10,883 nucleotides of DNA from Promethearchaeota archaeon (lineage in GTDB: Archaea > Asgardarchaeota > Lokiarchaeia > Sigyniarchaeales > SOKP01), in the NCBI GenBank assembly GCA_048941265.1, contig JBHLNT010000142.1:1-10883 (forward strand). The letters run 5' to 3'. Positions 7,623-10,883 of this stretch are shown here, piece after piece. The position numbers and the translations under genes are program-made. Within the stretch, counting starts at the first letter, position 1. Every line of letters starts with the position of its first letter. The notes under the pieces are model-generated. The model ran no database searches and had not been told where the DNA came from. It worked only from the letters and a program-made list of their open reading frames with translations.

Positions 7623-8894
7623 TTAATATTTTTTTTTCTCAAAAATTTCTTTAGCATAATCAACTCTAATCTTTTTATCCTCTACTAATTTTTTCGCTAC
7701 TCTTTCTATTAACTCTTCTGGTACTCCCGCTAGTTTTGCTATATTTCTCGAATGAAGGGTCATATGTCCCTTTTGGATTCCTTCTGAAGCTAAAGCTCTT
7801 AATGCACCAACATTTTGGGCTAAACCAAGAGCAGCAGCTACCTGTGAAAGTTCACTTGCACTCTTAACATTTAAAATTTTTAACGCTAAACGGGCCATCG
7901 GGTGAATTTTAGTCATACCTCCTATGATTCCTAAAGCAAGTGGTATTTCTATTTCCCCAAATAAATTTCCATTTGCATCAACCTGAAATTTAGTCAGAGG
8001 AGAGTATTTACCGCTTAATGAAGCATAAGCATGAGCCCCTGCTTCAATAGCACGCGTATCGTTTCCGGTAGCCATTGTCAAAGCTACTATTCCATTCATT
8101 ATGCCTTTATTATGAGTGGTTGCTCTATATGGATCTGCAAGAGCAAATTCATAGGCATTCATTATTCCCTCAACTACTTCAGCTCCGCCTAACAAGTCTT
8201 TATCAAATACTGCTTTACATTTTGCTATACGATGTGTAGCCAAGTTTGATACAATCCTTAGATATATTTTGCCTCCACATAACTCTTCAATGTAAGGACT
8301 CACTGCCTCAGCCATCGTATTTACAACATTTGCGCCCATAGCATCTAAGACATCTACTAATAAATGGAGAATTAACATAATACCACGTCTTGTATTCAAT
8401 TCTCTAATTTCAAAATCAAATGCTCCGCCACCTAATTCATTCAAGAAAGGATCTTGTTCATTAGCCATTCTTATAATTTCATCTTTATGCTCAAATAATT
8501 TTTTTTTAGAGGTAATTATATCTTTTATATCAGTAATTTGAATTTGGGAAATCATAACCGATTTGATTTTTTCGGCATGAAAACCCCCATGCTTTCTCGC
8601 AAATCTAGCGGCATTTGAAGCCGCAGCTACAACAGAAGGTTCCTCTATAACCATAGGAATTAAATAATCTTTATTATTTATCTTAAAATTACATGCTATT
8701 CCCACAGGTAATTGATAACTCCCTATAACATTCTCTATTAGGGTATCTAGCTGAGATGGGCTAAAATAACCGAAGTTGCATAGTAATTTTTTATCTTCTT
8801 CATTTAAATCTATTATTTTATCGATAATTTTAACCCGTTCTTTAATAGGAAGTTTATAAAAACCAGAAATTGCCGACTTTATCTCTTTAGTCAT
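7623..8894 (-). CDS. mvaA: Hydroxymethylglutaryl-CoA reductase, class II (bacterial/'degradative' type)
   Basis: 423 aa. ENVIG, EEPSVVAAAS (catalytic Glu), DAMGAN, RIVSNL, THNKGIMNG (catalytic Lys), GNDTRAIEA (catalytic Asp) and GIQKGHMTLH (catalytic His), all class II signatures. Confidence 0.96.
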   Translation of the reverse strand: MTKEIKSAISGFYKLPIKERVKIIDKIIDLNEEDKKLLCNFGYFSPSQLDTLIENVIGSYQLPVGIACNFKINNKDYLIPMVIEEPSVVAAASNAARFARKHGGFHAEKIKSVMISQIQITDIKDIITSKKKLFEHKDEIIRMANEQDPFLNELGGGAFDFEIRELNTRRGIMLILHLLVDVLDAMGANVVNTMAEAVSPYIEELCGGKIYLRIVSNLATHRIAKCKAVFDKDLLGGAEVVEGIMNAYEFALADPYRATTHNKGIMNGIVALTMATGNDTRAIEAGAHAYASLSGKYSPLTKFQVDANGNLFGEIEIPLALGIIGGMTKIHPMARLALKILNVKSASELSQVAAALGLAQNVGALRALASEGIQKGHMTLHSRNIAKLAGVPEELIERVAKKLVEDKKIRVDYAKEIFEKKKY

Positions 8895-8982
8895 ATTTCT
8901 TACGTCATTTTTTTATTTCAGTATATTATGATAATAATGAAAATGAAAGTTGCTTAAATATTATTTATGCCTCAAATTCATT

Positions 8983-8995
8983 AAAAAAAATAAAA
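8983..8995 (-). terminator. Putative oligo-T terminator after HMG-CoA synthase
   Basis: The minus strand reads TTTTATTTTTTTT starting 13 nt after the stop codon at 9009. Confidence 0.4.
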
Positions 8996-9008
8996 TATAG
9001 TATTATGT

Positions 9009-10637
9009 CTAATAAATTTTCTGAGTGGGTATATACATTGGCACCCAATTCAGCAATCCGATCGCATTATAATCTAATTCATCTTTCTTTTCTACTCTTC
9101 TGACTTCATATTCCACAGAATTTCCTTTTCTCACATTCCATGCGACTCTTACTAAGCCTTTGTTTAGATAACTCAAATCATTCGGATTTGAATAACTTAT
9201 AGGGTTCGATTCTAGAGTGGCAAAAAGAGGAAAAAATCTCTCATGAAATCCTGAATGACCTTTAGGACAATAATTTAATCCTTTTTTATTTGGAATAATA
9301 CATCCTTCATCACAAAAATGGAGTGTAAACCCTCGTTCTTCATTTAATTCATGTTCGCTAATACGACCTAATAGAGCTGTTATTTCAACGTTCCCATTTT
9401 TTATTTGTTCATACTCTTGAACACTTTTCTTTTCTTTAAATTTGATATAATCATAAATTTTGGGACCGTATCCTAAAATTCTTTTAAATTGGGGTTTCAC
9501 TTTTAATAATCCAGAAATACAAGTCGCGCCAGAGCCATAAGAACCAAAATATATGGTATCATGGGGATTAGCATAATTTTCAAGGATAAATTGGATTTGT
9601 GACCAAACAGCCGCATTATACATATTTCCAAAATGCATTGGAACTCGTAAATGAGGCAAAACTCGTTCTTTCACATTGGTATTTATCCAATGCGCCCAAT
9701 TTTCTAATCTATCAGAAGAAAATCCTTTTTCTTTTAATTTTAAATAAATATATTCTGGTAAAAGAGTTACATCATGCAAAAAGAAATCTAATTTCTTCAG
9801 TAACGATATTTTTAAATTATTTCTATTAATTTTTGGTAAATTATTGATATTCTTAATCCAGCGTTTTTGAATTATTTGTTGCATACATTTTATAGGAAGT
9901 TTCGAAAATGGAGCGTGAAATGTATAATAATCAGCGTAAAAATCCCCTATATGCCTAATTAAATCGTCATATGCGCCTAGTTGAAAATTAAGATAGGCAT
10001 CAACCGAATAATGCCCAAAAACCTTAGCATTTTTTTCATTAGCGGGGCGATAAAAATCATTGATATCTCCTGAAATCTTCCCAAACTTTTTACTAAATAC
10101 TGCAATCCGTGGATTTTTGGAAATAATAAGAGCTATTGCTCCTGAACCTTGTGTAGGTTCAGATGGACTTCCCACATTATAGGAGGAAATATCTGCACTT
10201 ATTACAAGAGCCTTATTTATAATATCTTTCTCAATTAAGCCAATAGCATTAAGTACCGCCAAAGTTCCACCTGCACATGCATTATAAATATCTTGAGTCA
10301 AGATATTTTTTTTGAGTCCTAACATTTCGGCAAATATGTTAGATACCGACTTAACGGCATAAGTGATGGTTTCTGTCCCAACAAAAACAGCATCAATTTC
10401 TTTTGGATTAATTTTGCCTCTAACCAAGGCATTATAGGCTGCTTTTAACCCAATCGAAATGATATCTTCATCCACCTCGGCTAATCTCATTTCCTTCAAG
10501 AGCAGTCCTTTTTTGTACTTGTTGGGGTCTACATCTCTTTTTACTGCTAATTCTTCAATGTCTACAAAGTGCCGTGGAGCGTGAAAACTTATTGAATCAA
10601 TTCCAACATCGGAAAACAGATAATCGTCAGAATACAT
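9009..10637 (-). CDS. mvaS: Hydroxymethylglutaryl-CoA synthase with internal insertion and C-terminal Zn-ribbon/OB-fold (DUF35-like) extension
   Basis: 542 aa. VGIDSI, GTET (E89), NACAGGT (C121), EPTQGSGA, DFYRP, FHAPF (H241), GNMY (N338) and SYGSG, so the catalytic set is intact. About 125 extra C-terminal residues contain CDEGC-x10-CPKGH. GGGAG SD at 10645-10649. Adjacent to HMG-CoA reductase. Confidence 0.92.
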   Translation of the reverse strand: MYSDDYLFSDVGIDSISFHAPRHFVDIEELAVKRDVDPNKYKKGLLLKEMRLAEVDEDIISIGLKAAYNALVRGKINPKEIDAVFVGTETITYAVKSVSNIFAEMLGLKKNILTQDIYNACAGGTLAVLNAIGLIEKDIINKALVISADISSYNVGSPSEPTQGSGAIALIISKNPRIAVFSKKFGKISGDINDFYRPANEKNAKVFGHYSVDAYLNFQLGAYDDLIRHIGDFYADYYTFHAPFSKLPIKCMQQIIQKRWIKNINNLPKINRNNLKISLLKKLDFFLHDVTLLPEYIYLKLKEKGFSSDRLENWAHWINTNVKERVLPHLRVPMHFGNMYNAAVWSQIQFILENYANPHDTIYFGSYGSGATCISGLLKVKPQFKRILGYGPKIYDYIKFKEKKSVQEYEQIKNGNVEITALLGRISEHELNEERGFTLHFCDEGCIIPNKKGLNYCPKGHSGFHERFFPLFATLESNPISYSNPNDLSYLNKGLVRVAWNVRKGNSVEYEVRRVEKKDELDYNAIGLLNWVPMYIPTQKIY

Positions 10638-10883
10638 AATTTTTCTCCCGTTTTTTATTTGAAAATTTTATTTTAAATAGTTATCTAATTAATTAAATAT
10701 GTATTTTATTAGTAAATCTTTCAACAAAAACTTTTTGTTTTAAGCAGTTTTTCAATTTTTTTTAGGTTAGAATATTTAGTTTAAGCTTAAATATAAAGGT
10801 TATCTCCTTAAAATGAGCAGAATTCCAATAAATAATTAATTAAACGTTTTAAAACAATTAATTGATTAAAGTTAGTAATTCAA
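10638..10883. promoter_or_regulatory. Very AT-rich non-coding region upstream of the cluster; presumed promoter region of HMG-CoA synthase
   Basis: No ORF in the track. SD-like GGGAG 7 nt from the start, several TATA-like A/T boxes and a perfect 12-bp palindrome TTTAAGCTTAAA (10780-10791). The exact promoter cannot be placed. Confidence 0.4.

Noticed and set aside
9599-9829. 76-aa plus-strand ORF opposite the HMGS insertion
   Set aside because: Considered as a possible inserted element, but there are no flanking repeats or motifs and the HMGS frame is uninterrupted.
9660-9880. HMGS insertion as an intein
   Set aside because: Too short, and it lacks the N-terminal Cys/Ser block and the C-terminal His-Asn-(Cys/Ser/Thr) splice motif.
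1-10883. tRNA, rRNA, CRISPR arrays, IS elements or tandem repeats
   Set aside because: Coding density is very high, intergenic gaps are short and AT-rich, and no repeat-spacer pattern, GC-rich structured RNA or transposase was seen by eye.

Overview
AT-rich archaeal window almost entirely filled by one isoprenoid-biosynthesis gene cluster. The low GC, TTG starts and gene content would fit an Asgard/Lokiarchaeia-like anaerobe, but that taxonomy is inference only. Eight minus-strand genes encode the 'archaeal' (Aeropyrum-type, modified) mevalonate pathway from acetoacetyl-CoA to DMAPP: HMG-CoA synthase, class II HMG-CoA reductase, UbiD-family anhydromevalonate phosphate decarboxylase, both subunits of AcnX-type phosphomevalonate dehydratase, mevalonate kinase, isopentenyl phosphate kinase and type 2 IPP isomerase. 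They converge on a plus-strand pair: a geranylgeranyl reductase-family flavoprotein and the UbiX flavin prenyltransferase that supplies prFMN for the decarboxylase. The cluster looks chimeric. The HMG-CoA synthase carries a large insertion and a fused C-terminal Zn-ribbon/OB-fold (DUF35-like) domain, the reductase is a bacterial-type class II enzyme with an NADH signature, the mevalonate kinase closely resembles trypanosomatid enzymes as I recall them, and the IDI-2 has substitutions at normally conserved active-site positions. No RNA genes, mobile elements or CRISPR arrays were seen. All family calls come from recognised motifs, not from database searches.
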